Part shown: positions 8,121-16,831 of the stretch, in pieces
How positions within the stretch are numbered: position 1 is the stretch's first letter
Layout of the letters: the number at the start of each line of letters is the position of its first letter
DNA from: a virus
Lineage: Duplodnaviria; Caudoviricetes
IMG/VR virus record: IMGVR_UViG_3300020398_000001
Span: 1 to 59,702 of that record
Direction: 5' to 3' (one strand)
Length of the DNA stretch: 59,702 nucleotides
Made by a program: the position numbers and the translations under genes
Notes under the pieces: model-generated
The model's database searches: none
What the model was told of the DNA's origin: nothing
What the model saw: the letters and a program-made list of their open reading frames with translations, nothing else

Positions 8121-10130
8121 ATGAAGACAGACAACATCGAAAGGCCAGACGAAGGACGAGTGCCGCCCGAAGCCTGCGTAGAATACGCACAGGAACTTGA
8201 CGGCATCCTGTCAATACCCTCCTTCACAACAAGACGTACTCTGTTGCGAAAGTGGGTCAGCCGTGATTGGCTAATAGTCTACGAAAGCCACTCAGATGGT
8301 GAGATAACCGTGAATGGCTTCAATTGCACACATCAGACGTTATCACACATAAACGATCCTTTACACAGGATCGCTGACGCCTTTAAGAACTCACCGATGG
8401 TCGGTGTGAACCCGGACCAGATCTCACCGAAGCCAACAAGTCACGGGTTGAGGGACAGCCTAGACGTGGATACTCTCAAGGGCCTTGCTCTCGGTGTGAT
8501 AACCGTCGACCATATCATCGAGGCAATCATAAACCCCGCCGCATACGGCATCGAAGTCGAACCGGACAGCAGGGCTAAGACGCGTTGGGTCTTTGGGCGT
8601 CCATCGGGGTGTACCGAGGAACGATTGCGAGTAGTAAGCGACGAACTCTTCGGGCAAGTTGGGTACAAGCCTAAAGATGCCAAACTCAAGCGAGCAGATT
8701 ACACGCTTTCAACCATCATCAGCACCATAGACGCATTGGTCGACGATGAGTACGGAAACCATCAAGAAATCGGCGAGACGTTAAAACCGCTATTCGATGA
8801 TCCGGGGATGATTGACAATGTGATCGAAGCAATGGACACACGCGAAGGTGGCCCGGAAAAAGGCTTTCGCGAAAATGCAGACGCAACCTTACGCAAGGCT
8901 GTGGCAGATATTTTCGAAGTCGACGGCGACGATATTGTTAGCGCCCAACAAGCCACAACCAATCACGACTTCAAGAAGATAGCCGCGCCGCAGGTGCATG
9001 AGCAGGCCGCAGTTGACGCAGTCACTAATGCCCTGTCATTGCAATCAATGGGGTCCATCGTTGAGGCACACAACAAACTCATCGACGAACTCACCACCGC
9101 AAAAGCCGCACAAGCTACGGTTCTTGCAATGCCAGCTGTGATCCCAGACATGACGGGAGAGGACGGCGAGCCATCTGGCACTCACAAGATGGTGAAGGCA
9201 AGGTCTGTGTTCAAAATCAGGGCTAAGGGCTTTGACATCGAAGTCCCGAAATTCACTTGGGACTCCACTCACAAGAATGTCCCTATCATCGACCCTGATT
9301 ATGTCTTCGAGCCATCGTCTCTGCGCCGCATACTAAGGGCACTGTTGATGAACAAGACGTTCTACCTCCACGGTCACACAGGAACAGGCAAGACAACACT
9401 GGTCGAGCAGGTGGCTGCTCGTTTGCAGTGGCCACTTGTGCGTCTAAACCTCCACGGCGAGATCAGCCAGATGGATTTGCTTGGACGTGAAGTGTTGCGT
9501 AACGACAACGGTGTGACAATAAGCCAATACCTTGAGGGACCAGTGCCACAAGCAATGGCCGGTCCTAACATCCTGTTGTTGGATGAGATTGACTACATCA
9601 GGGCGAACGTCAGCTACGCACTACAACGTGGCCTTGAGGGCCACGGGCTAATGCTCACAGAGGACGCAGGGCGCATCATAAAGCCTCACCCGCTATTCAG
9701 GTGGGCAGCGACAGGAAACACGCAGATGAAGGGCGATGAATACGGAATGTACCGAGAGGCACGAATACAATCATCTGCGTTCATCAATCGCTGGGCCAAC
9801 TGGGTCCACGTCGATTACATGAGCAAGCCACAACGCAGGAGGTTGTTGAAAGCCAAGGTGCCATCAATCTCAGACGATTTTCTGGAGAAACTGGTGCAGT
9901 ACACCGCAGAACATCTGCGAGCCTTCACGAACGCTGAAATCATACAGCCTCTAAGCCCGAGAGATTACATCGAAGCCGCTGACGCACAGGTCGCGTTCTT
10001 GGCAATGGGATTGGATGAGACAGAGGCCACGAAGGAGGCTTTGATCACATCCATCATAGACGCAGCAGTACCACAAGACGCTCAAGTGTTGCGTGGTCTG
10101 GTGCAAAATGTATTCAACGTGCAAGTCTAG
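8121..10130 (+). CDS. cobS: CobS/CbbQ-like MoxR AAA+ ATPase with long N-terminal extension
   Basis: IDPDYVF, Walker A GHTGTGKT, RLNL...DLLG, Walker B LLLDEID, PHPLFR...TGNT, SPR; homology only, cobalt chelatase activity not implied. Confidence 0.85.
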   Translation: MKTDNIERPDEGRVPPEACVEYAQELDGILSIPSFTTRRTLLRKWVSRDWLIVYESHSDGEITVNGFNCTHQTLSHINDPLHRIADAFKNSPMVGVNPDQISPKPTSHGLRDSLDVDTLKGLALGVITVDHIIEAIINPAAYGIEVEPDSRAKTRWVFGRPSGCTEERLRVVSDELFGQVGYKPKDAKLKRADYTLSTIISTIDALVDDEYGNHQEIGETLKPLFDDPGMIDNVIEAMDTREGGPEKGFRENADATLRKAVADIFEVDGDDIVSAQQATTNHDFKKIAAPQVHEQAAVDAVTNALSLQSMGSIVEAHNKLIDELTTAKAAQATVLAMPAVIPDMTGEDGEPSGTHKMVKARSVFKIRAKGFDIEVPKFTWDSTHKNVPIIDPDYVFEPSSLRRILRALLMNKTFYLHGHTGTGKTTLVEQVAARLQWPLVRLNLHGEISQMDLLGREVLRNDNGVTISQYLEGPVPQAMAGPNILLLDEIDYIRANVSYALQRGLEGHGLMLTEDAGRIIKPHPLFRWAATGNTQMKGDEYGMYREARIQSSAFINRWANWVHVDYMSKPQRRRLLKAKVPSISDDFLEKLVQYTAEHLRAFTNAEIIQPLSPRDYIEAADAQVAFLAMGLDETEATKEALITSIIDAAVPQDAQVLRGLVQNVFNVQV

Positions 10131-10140
10131 GGAGACACAC

Positions 10141-12033
10141 ATGAAGAAAGTCAGATCAGAACACCTACAGGGCGAATTGAGCGTCACTGCGGGTGTGTTC
10201 AGTAAGAACGACGACCTTGAGGTCGTCTTTCAAGGAGACACAGCGCAAACAAACGGCAGCACGGTAATCCTGCCATCATTACCACACCACACATATGTCT
10301 CACGAAAAACTGTGGACATAGCACGGGGATACGTGAAGCACGAAGCCGGACACGTACAACATTCCGACATGCCAGCAATCAGTCGAATGATTCGTGAAAG
10401 CGAGGCTATAGGCAACAAGATGTTGCCTAACATTGCGAACGCACTGGAAGATGTATGGTTGGAACGACGTGTCAAAGCCGAGTACGCCGGGGCAAACTCA
10501 AGTCTTATGGCTACGACTACAGCCGTAAATGAGGAATTCCTCAAGCAATACGAAAGTTGGACACCAGAAGAACGTACAGAAAAAATGGCCGACGAAAGTT
10601 TCGTTGGCGCAGTCGCTCTCACATGGGAAGGACGCAAGGGCTACGGCGAAGAAACGAACACCAAGTGTCTTGATCTATTGCCTGATAGCGTCAGGAACAA
10701 GTTAGCCCCTCGTATCAAAGCACTGAACGACTGCCGAAACTCTGAAGACGTGATTGCTTTGGCGCGCATGATAGACAAGGACATCCGAGAGGATGTCGGG
10801 AAGAAAAAGCCCAGTGACAAGCCCGGATTAGGCAAGCCCTGCGAAGAAGGCGAGGAAGGCGAAGGCAAAGGTAAGGGTAAGGGCGAAGCCAAAGACGACA
10901 GCGAAACCAAAGGCGAAGGTAAGGGCGACGAGCGTACTAAGGAGGAGGGAGAGAAAGAGGCAGAAGAAGAGGGAGGCGGTGACCAAGGGTATGTGCCTTT
11001 GGATACAAAGGACATGTACGACGGATCACTGGCGAAAATGGTAGCCGACGTGCTTAGACACGACAGTAAACCACAACCCGGCGAAGAATACTGGCGCCCG
11101 TTCTCAACTGAAGACGACAGGATTATCACTAGGCACAATGACCGCACCAAACGCAATGGCCAGAAGAGTGTCTACAAGGCAATCGTCAAGGGAATGGGAT
11201 CTAAACTCAACGCCATGCAACGCAAGTTGGAAGCATCACTTGCTGCTCAACTGGATCGTGATTGGGAAACAGAACAGCTGTCGGGACGACTGGATAACAG
11301 ACGTCTTGTCCCTGCGTACAACTGTACACCCACCGTCTACAAGACACGACTCCCAACGCCTGAGATTGACACGGCAGTAACACTACTTGTCGACCTGTCA
11401 GGGTCTATGTGTGGCAACAAATTAAATCTAGCGCGCGAAGTCTGCGTGTCATTGTTGGAATGCCTTGACCGTCTTGGGACATCAACCGAGGTGATAGGCT
11501 TCAGAACAGGACGTGGGATGGTTCGTGGCGCTACTTACGATGACCGCTATGACAAGAAGTGGTCAAGAACAGGCGCACTGGATCACCACATTTACAAGTC
11601 ATTCAACGAACGCCTATCTGATGCCAAATGCACGTTCAGTGCGATGCTAAATGACGGCGGAGGCGCAAACTCCGATGGCGAGAGCCTTGATTTAGCCAGA
11701 GAGAGGCTAGTAACACAGGTAGAAGAACGGAAAATTATGATTGTCCTGTCTGACGGGTGGCCAACAGGTTGCGGTGGAACTTGTGATCCAAACCAACATC
11801 TTCGAAATGCTGTGGAGCGTTGCCGCAAAGACAAGATTGACTGCGTCGGCATAGGCATCATGTCAGAAGCCGTAAAGGAATTCTATCCCGCGTTCACAGT
11901 GTGCGAGTCACTGGAAGATTTACCCAAGTCAGTCATACAGGAAGTTGGGCAGCTGCTTGTCAGCGACAGATATGTAGCAAGCAATGCCGATCTTAGGAAG
12001 CCATCGGGTTATGCCCGTATGGCGGCCTCCTAA
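10141..12033 (+). CDS. cobT: CobT-like vWA protein, partner of the MoxR ATPase
   Basis: RGYVKHEAGH and ALEDVWLE N-domain; acidic Gly-rich linker; GRLD; MIDAS LLVDLSGSM...NSDGE...IVLSDGWP; SD GGGAG before ATG 10141. Confidence 0.85.
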   Translation: MKKVRSEHLQGELSVTAGVFSKNDDLEVVFQGDTAQTNGSTVILPSLPHHTYVSRKTVDIARGYVKHEAGHVQHSDMPAISRMIRESEAIGNKMLPNIANALEDVWLERRVKAEYAGANSSLMATTTAVNEEFLKQYESWTPEERTEKMADESFVGAVALTWEGRKGYGEETNTKCLDLLPDSVRNKLAPRIKALNDCRNSEDVIALARMIDKDIREDVGKKKPSDKPGLGKPCEEGEEGEGKGKGKGEAKDDSETKGEGKGDERTKEEGEKEAEEEGGGDQGYVPLDTKDMYDGSLAKMVADVLRHDSKPQPGEEYWRPFSTEDDRIITRHNDRTKRNGQKSVYKAIVKGMGSKLNAMQRKLEASLAAQLDRDWETEQLSGRLDNRRLVPAYNCTPTVYKTRLPTPEIDTAVTLLVDLSGSMCGNKLNLAREVCVSLLECLDRLGTSTEVIGFRTGRGMVRGATYDDRYDKKWSRTGALDHHIYKSFNERLSDAKCTFSAMLNDGGGANSDGESLDLARERLVTQVEERKIMIVLSDGWPTGCGGTCDPNQHLRNAVERCRKDKIDCVGIGIMSEAVKEFYPAFTVCESLEDLPKSVIQEVGQLLVSDRYVASNADLRKPSGYARMAAS

Positions 12034-12217
12034 ACGTGACCTCGTTGTTCACACATTTTGGCTACGCTGGTTCCCCGGTAAACCTCTGGGATTCTGGGCA
12101 AGTGTGGCCAAAGAAATTAAGCGACGAGGCATACGTAAAGGTGACAAGCGTAAGATCACGCAAGTTTGTCACGAAGTTTGGAAAGCGTGGTGCAACATAT
12201 ATGGGAAGGGAGAATGA
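12011..12217 (+). CDS. Hypothetical basic protein
   Basis: Overlaps cobT stop and next start (ATGA). Confidence 0.5.
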   Translation: MPVWRPPKRDLVVHTFWLRWFPGKPLGFWASVAKEIKRRGIRKGDKRKITQVCHEVWKAWCNIYGKGE

Positions 12218-12996
12218 AACAGGAGAAACGGGCATTACATTTCTGGGACGAGGCCCCCAAAATTGGGACTGGTTTCCGAATTGTCACGGCCTCGATAGGC
12301 AGAAAGTACGTCTATCTCAAGACAAACTATCGAAATCAGCGCATCACAAGGAAGGTGTGGGATCAGATGCTTAGACGTAAACGTAACCAACAGTCGGGAG
12401 TATTGTACGACATGAAGAAAACGACACGTAAGACAGCCGTCAAGCCACGAGAACTTGACCTTGGCGATAAGATAGCCAAGAGCAAGTTGGCCGGATACGG
12501 CATTGAGAGTGAGGAAGAGGCTGATGTGCAGCCTGATGCTTTTGAAAGAGCCACTGGCGTCGAACGGCGCCCACTGTGGGAATTACCTGACGATGACAGG
12601 CCCATCACAAGACATCTGGTAGCAACAGATAAAAAGAATGCCACTCACGCGAAGGAACTTCGGGAACAAAGCCAAGACCCTCTTACGATCCCAAATTTCC
12701 TACGTCGTCAGCGTCAGCTTGAGCATCCGGCTTATAGTGGTCGGTTGGTTGAGATGGCCTCTAAATTCCATCGTGCCAATGGTAGTGTGGAGATACCAAG
12801 TGAGCAATTAGACGAAATTGTGAACCTGCTGCACCGCACACTCGGAGACACGATGGAAAAGGCAGGGCTGCTATGGAAAACAGCCGCTGCCAAGAAGACC
12901 AAGAAGATGCTCACCGCTCTGATCAAGCAGGCAGTTTGGACACCAGACGGAGACCATCATTACACGATCAACATAACCGATAGTGAAAAGGAGTAA
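12214..12996 (+). CDS. Hypothetical protein (~260 aa)
   Basis: SD GGGAG, long ORF. Confidence 0.7.
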   Translation: MKQEKRALHFWDEAPKIGTGFRIVTASIGRKYVYLKTNYRNQRITRKVWDQMLRRKRNQQSGVLYDMKKTTRKTAVKPRELDLGDKIAKSKLAGYGIESEEEADVQPDAFERATGVERRPLWELPDDDRPITRHLVATDKKNATHAKELREQSQDPLTIPNFLRRQRQLEHPAYSGRLVEMASKFHRANGSVEIPSEQLDEIVNLLHRTLGDTMEKAGLLWKTAAAKKTKKMLTALIKQAVWTPDGDHHYTINITDSEKE

Positions 12997-13001
12997 CGCA
13001 G

Positions 13002-13556
13002 ATGGAAAGATTGTCCATCAAAGTCCGTAATTGCACGGCAATCAAAGTTACTTCCGCGCTTAGAGCGCGGAAGGGTGACTACATCTTGGTCGCAGAAGAT
13101 GGGACCACGTCTTCAGTAACGGGACGCGTCTACCATGCACTCAAAGCGCAGTTTGGAGAGACGAAGAAGTTGTCTGCTGGTGGCGAAGAGAAGACACCTT
13201 ATGGCCAAGGGCCGATTGGCAAGGCCAGTCAGAAGTACCCACGGAATCTTATGCGTGGAAGAATTGTCACGGCGTTGAAAATTCCGATGCTAACTGGGGT
13301 GCTGTGCGAAACCGTCTTGGAAGCCAAGGACACGTTTGACGGGAACATGTGCGGTTATATCGCAAAGATATGCAATAAGCTGGAGCGTGACGGCGAGATT
13401 GAGTTTGTACACATAACTGCACCTGATCGTAACGGTAACATGAGAAGGCAGAAATTGTGGGCGGAGACTAGGGCTTATAACAAGGAGAGTCTTAGCGCTC
13501 ACGCTCAGACTACATACACCACCTATGACCGTTCAACAAATCGGGCAACAAAATGA
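13002..13556 (+). CDS. Hypothetical protein, possible C-terminal winged helix
   Basis: SD AAGGAG; ICNKLERDGEIEF segment. Confidence 0.7.
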   Translation: MERLSIKVRNCTAIKVTSALRARKGDYILVAEDGTTSSVTGRVYHALKAQFGETKKLSAGGEEKTPYGQGPIGKASQKYPRNLMRGRIVTALKIPMLTGVLCETVLEAKDTFDGNMCGYIAKICNKLERDGEIEFVHITAPDRNGNMRRQKLWAETRAYNKESLSAHAQTTYTTYDRSTNRATK

Positions 13557-13777
13557 TAGCGCTAGCAGAAATTGCTAAGGAGTCCACCCATATCCCGTGT
13601 TCTATATGCGGGTTGGATGTCCCGCATCATGTACGCAATGGAGAAGTTGTCTGGGCAACCGGACACAATGCCGAGCCAGTGAATGATGGAAGGTGCTGCG
13701 ATTGGTGCAACGAGAATGTTGTTATCAGACGACGTATGAATGACCGTATGCGAGCGCAAAAAGAAGAGCGGTCATAA
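13553..13777 (+). CDS. Small Zn-binding phage protein
   Basis: CSIC...GHNAEPVNDGRCCDWCN motif. Confidence 0.75.
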   Translation: MIALAEIAKESTHIPCSICGLDVPHHVRNGEVVWATGHNAEPVNDGRCCDWCNENVVIRRRMNDRMRAQKEERS

Positions 13778-13929
13778 TGGTTAGGCTCGCCAGAGGATTA
13801 GACGGTGAGTGCCTCGGCGTAGTCTTTGGATCATGCAAAACCCCGTCAGGCCGTGGGCTTGCCTACTCCTCCGTGACACTTTCTGGGAGCCGCGACGGCC
13901 ACCTTACAATTGACCAAGGGAGGTGAGAG

Positions 13930-14088
13930 ATGACTGATAACAGCAAGAAATTTTCTGATGATTTCGATTTCCCCTGCATACTGAGTTGTGACGACCCAGA
14001 TTGTAAGTGCAGGCAATCAATTGAGTGGCCAGACAACATCACGTCTGGTTGCCCCCACAAGACACAACACATAAGGGAGACTGACTGA
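13930..14088 (+). CDS. Small Cys-containing protein (52 aa, MTDNSKKF...)
   Basis: Strong SD GGAGGT; TGATG coupling to the next gene. Confidence 0.55.
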   Translation: MTDNSKKFSDDFDFPCILSCDDPDCKCRQSIEWPDNITSGCPHKTQHIRETD

Positions 14089-14759
14089 TGAACGAAGAGG
14101 TATTGGCGAACAATCTGAAGAAGATGTTGGACACGACTACACCACCGGAACCGCCCAAGCTGGTGACAAACTTGGTTGACTGCATGACTGCCGTAGAGGT
14201 CACGGGGTTGATGCTGTATTGCTCTGCGTTAATAGGGCAAAGGGCAACTGCGGAACTTGTCTGCCATATGGCCAAGAGGAAGCAGATAGACCTCAGTGTT
14301 ATCCGTGCTTTTGAGGACGCAGGAGTCAGGGTCAAGATGAGGGTGAGGCCCGAATCTGCACCGGCTGCCCCCGTACCAACTCCACCCAAGACGAAGACGG
14401 AAGCGAAGGTAATCAAAGGCAAGCCATCACGTCGTGGCAATGGGTGGGGTGGTAAGAAGGGTCCTGTGTGGCTGAAGCAAGTAGACAGCATCGACAAGAC
14501 GCAGAACGGGATGGACGCCATTGACGGTTCGTGGCTATCGGACCCAACGTCTATGGATGACATGACGGACATCAACAAGCCCGTACTAATGGGAGTCAGG
14601 TATCCTGATAAGCATTACGCAGTGCTGATTTATAAGAAGGGCGCAACGGCAAAACTGAAGTGCCAGACTGCCATACATGAGGTGAAGGATGCCAAGTTGT
14701 TAGACGATTCGTCTCTCTTCAAGAGCATGCTGCCGGTTCTTGACAAAAACTTAAGCTAA
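14088..14759 (+). CDS. Hypothetical protein (223 aa)
   Basis: SD GGGAG; long ORF. Confidence 0.75.
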   Translation: MNEEVLANNLKKMLDTTTPPEPPKLVTNLVDCMTAVEVTGLMLYCSALIGQRATAELVCHMAKRKQIDLSVIRAFEDAGVRVKMRVRPESAPAAPVPTPPKTKTEAKVIKGKPSRRGNGWGGKKGPVWLKQVDSIDKTQNGMDAIDGSWLSDPTSMDDMTDINKPVLMGVRYPDKHYAVLIYKKGATAKLKCQTAIHEVKDAKLLDDSSLFKSMLPVLDKNLS

Positions 14760-14794
14760 CCTGTATAACTGGTTGAACAAAGCGAGTAAATGCC

Positions 14795-15067
14795 ATGAGC
14801 AAACGGGAGATTGGCACAACAGAGGTAAAGATTGCGTGTGTAATGCACCGCCTTACCTTTGTGCGTGACTGCATTAACCACAACCACCCCGTTTCCGTGA
14901 AAGAATTACAAAGGGCAATCGACGACATGTCTGAGATAAAGACTTCCCTTCGCCTTGAGGATACGCCAAACCAAGAGCCAGATGACGATGGATGGGTGAC
15001 TATTTTCCCCACCCAAGATACGTTAGAGGTGCCAAGTGAAAACCCTGATCGATTCGACGTCGTCTAG
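14795..15067 (+). CDS. Hypothetical protein (90 aa)
   Basis: In-operon ORF. Confidence 0.6.
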   Translation: MSKREIGTTEVKIACVMHRLTFVRDCINHNHPVSVKELQRAIDDMSEIKTSLRLEDTPNQEPDDDGWVTIFPTQDTLEVPSENPDRFDVV

Positions 15068-15068
15068 T

Positions 15069-15287
15069 GTGATATGCCCAAGCTGTTCGGGCTTAACCAG
15101 AATTATGTACACACATGGGCATGTGACTTGCGAATTCTGTAGGTGGCCTATAGAAACATGTTGTGACGGTGAGTGTGCCCAACCAACTGAAGGAGAGGGA
15201 TATGGCCGACGAGAAGCGGGAACTTATCAAAGTTGGAGAAGTCGACTTGATCTTAGACGCGGCCAAGGAGCAAGTCATTGGAGTTAA
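15069..15287 (+). CDS. Small Zn-ribbon protein
   Basis: CPSC...HGHVTCEFC...CCDGE; GTG start inferred; overlaps the next gene. Confidence 0.45.
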   Translation: MICPSCSGLTRIMYTHGHVTCEFCRWPIETCCDGECAQPTEGEGYGRREAGTYQSWRSRLDLRRGQGASHWS

Positions 15288-15516
15288 CTGGCGTTGGACA
15301 GAGAACGTCACCTCCGCTATAGGCGCAGTAACTACAATCAATTCATTGAAGGCGTCTCTCAGAGACGTAGGCTGGACAACGTCAGTTGTTATGGCGGCAA
15401 CGCCGCGAACTGAAGAAGACCCAACTGATACACAATCACCAACGCCTGTCGATCAGGCCACGGTAACCGAAGTGAGCGACAATCAAGAGCCGCCTGCTGT
15501 TGACCTCGGCAGTTAA
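15202..15516 (+). CDS. Hypothetical protein (104 aa)
   Basis: SD AAGGAG; last gene before the terminator. Confidence 0.7.
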   Translation: MADEKRELIKVGEVDLILDAAKEQVIGVNWRWTENVTSAIGAVTTINSLKASLRDVGWTTSVVMAATPRTEEDPTDTQSPTPVDQATVTEVSDNQEPPAVDLGS

Positions 15517-15561
15517 GGCGCACGACTTTTTCCTCCCTTAGTCGGAATGGTTGTCGCTTCT

Positions 15562-15599
15562 GCCCTCGACCCACGCCAACGGGTCGGGGGCTTTTTTTT
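15562..15599 (+). terminator. Rho-independent terminator of the early operon
   Basis: GCCCTCGACCC-loop-GGGTCGGGGGC followed by T8, at the convergence point. Confidence 0.9.
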
Positions 15600-16338
15600 A
15601 TCTACGCGCAAGACATGTGTATAGATCACCGCAGTCAGCCGGTTGCTTCGTATTATCCTGAGTGCAAACCGTACTCCAATCCGCCAATGCACACGCATTA
15701 AAGCGTGTTTCATCCAACCCGATCTTCGCGCGCTTCAATCCTTCAATCCATTTACGACTGGACGGGTATGAAAATTGTCGCCATTGATAGATGCTCACGG
15801 GGCGAAACCCTGACGACAACATTGCGTCTACGTAAAATTGCCATGTGTGTAGATAGCATGTGTCATTGAAGTATAGCCCCGGCATGTCGTCACTGACATT
15901 TACGGTAAACGCTACAGTATCCGTTACTTTTGACAGCCGCCTGAACATCCCCGGTATATCATTGGAATGATCGAACGACTCCACTGAAATCGCTACATCA
16001 AATCTACCTGATGGAAATTCCTTATCGAAATTCCCTATCTCAACGTCGAAGTTACAGACTTCTTTTTGTTTGGGTGAAGACGTAATACCAACAATGCTCG
16101 CGCCGAGTTCCCTAGCTATCTGGTGACCGGGGCCACCCCATCCACTACCAATGTCCAGAACACGAGAGCCGCGCCGGATAACCGGATACAATAATCTTGT
16201 AGACGTCTGACAGGCAGCCTCTAAGGTCTCGTCTCCAAAAAAAAATCCGTGATGATAGTGACGCTCCGGGCCAAGGATTGTAGCCCAGACGTCCGGGTCG
16301 TCGTTGTAGAACTTGGTAATAAAATCGAAGTCTATCAC
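15598..16338 (-). CDS. Class I SAM-dependent methyltransferase (sterol/tocopherol/CFA-synthase-like)
   Basis: FY...HYHHGFF, motif I VLDIGSGWGG, GITSSPKQ, FDVAISVESFDH. Confidence 0.85.
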   Translation of the reverse strand: MIDFDFITKFYNDDPDVWATILGPERHYHHGFFFGDETLEAACQTSTRLLYPVIRRGSRVLDIGSGWGGPGHQIARELGASIVGITSSPKQKEVCNFDVEIGNFDKEFPSGRFDVAISVESFDHSNDIPGMFRRLSKVTDTVAFTVNVSDDMPGLYFNDTCYLHTWQFYVDAMLSSGFRPVSIYQWRQFSYPSSRKWIEGLKRAKIGLDETRFNACALADWSTVCTQDNTKQPADCGDLYTCLARR

Positions 16339-16574
16339 TTATTGCCGTTGAATTTGTCTCGCATTTTATTTACGAATTCCCACAAGCTGGATATCTGTTT
16401 GTTCAGAATGTCTATCTCTGCGCGAGCCTGCACAAACTTTGCATACAATTCACGTCTTTGTATCTCGTTTACATCTTTACGCAAGTCTGATGTTTGCTCT
16501 CGCAGCTTGGTGAACATCACTATTGCAAGGCCAATGAAGATAATCTGATGCCAGTATTCTTTGATGACGTCCAC
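16335..16574 (-). CDS. Small membrane/coiled-coil protein
   Basis: N-terminal TM helix then coiled coil. Confidence 0.7.
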   Translation of the reverse strand: MDVIKEYWHQIIFIGLAIVMFTKLREQTSDLRKDVNEIQRRELYAKFVQARAEIDILNKQISSLWEFVNKMRDKFNGNK

Positions 16575-16828
16575 TAATGCACCGTCCCTATCTCAAAGTA
16601 GTGGTCGATAACATGAGCCTCGGTGGGGAAATCGCTGACAAAAGTCTGACACTCGACCATTGCCCCTTCGATATGCTCATCCCAGTAATCTATAAAACGC
16701 GTGACCTTTGGGAGTTCAGGTAACGTGTCCTCAGTCTGCCAGACAAATTGTTGAATCAGATGGCTGAAGTCTGGCAACCTATACAGGATGTTGACTGTCA
16801 CAATACGAGGGAGATTAATAAATATCAC
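16574..16828 (-). CDS. usg: Usg-family protein
   Basis: ILYRLPDFSHLIQQFVWQTEDTLPELPKVTRFIDYWDEHIEG matches the Usg family pattern. Confidence 0.8.
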   Translation of the reverse strand: MIFINLPRIVTVNILYRLPDFSHLIQQFVWQTEDTLPELPKVTRFIDYWDEHIEGAMVECQTFVSDFPTEAHVIDHYFEIGTVH

Positions 16829-16831
16829 TGT

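Noticed and set aside
12036-12374. Alternative-frame ORF of 112 aa
   Set aside because: Overlaps two better-coupled ORFs (12011..12217 and 12214..12996) and has no SD
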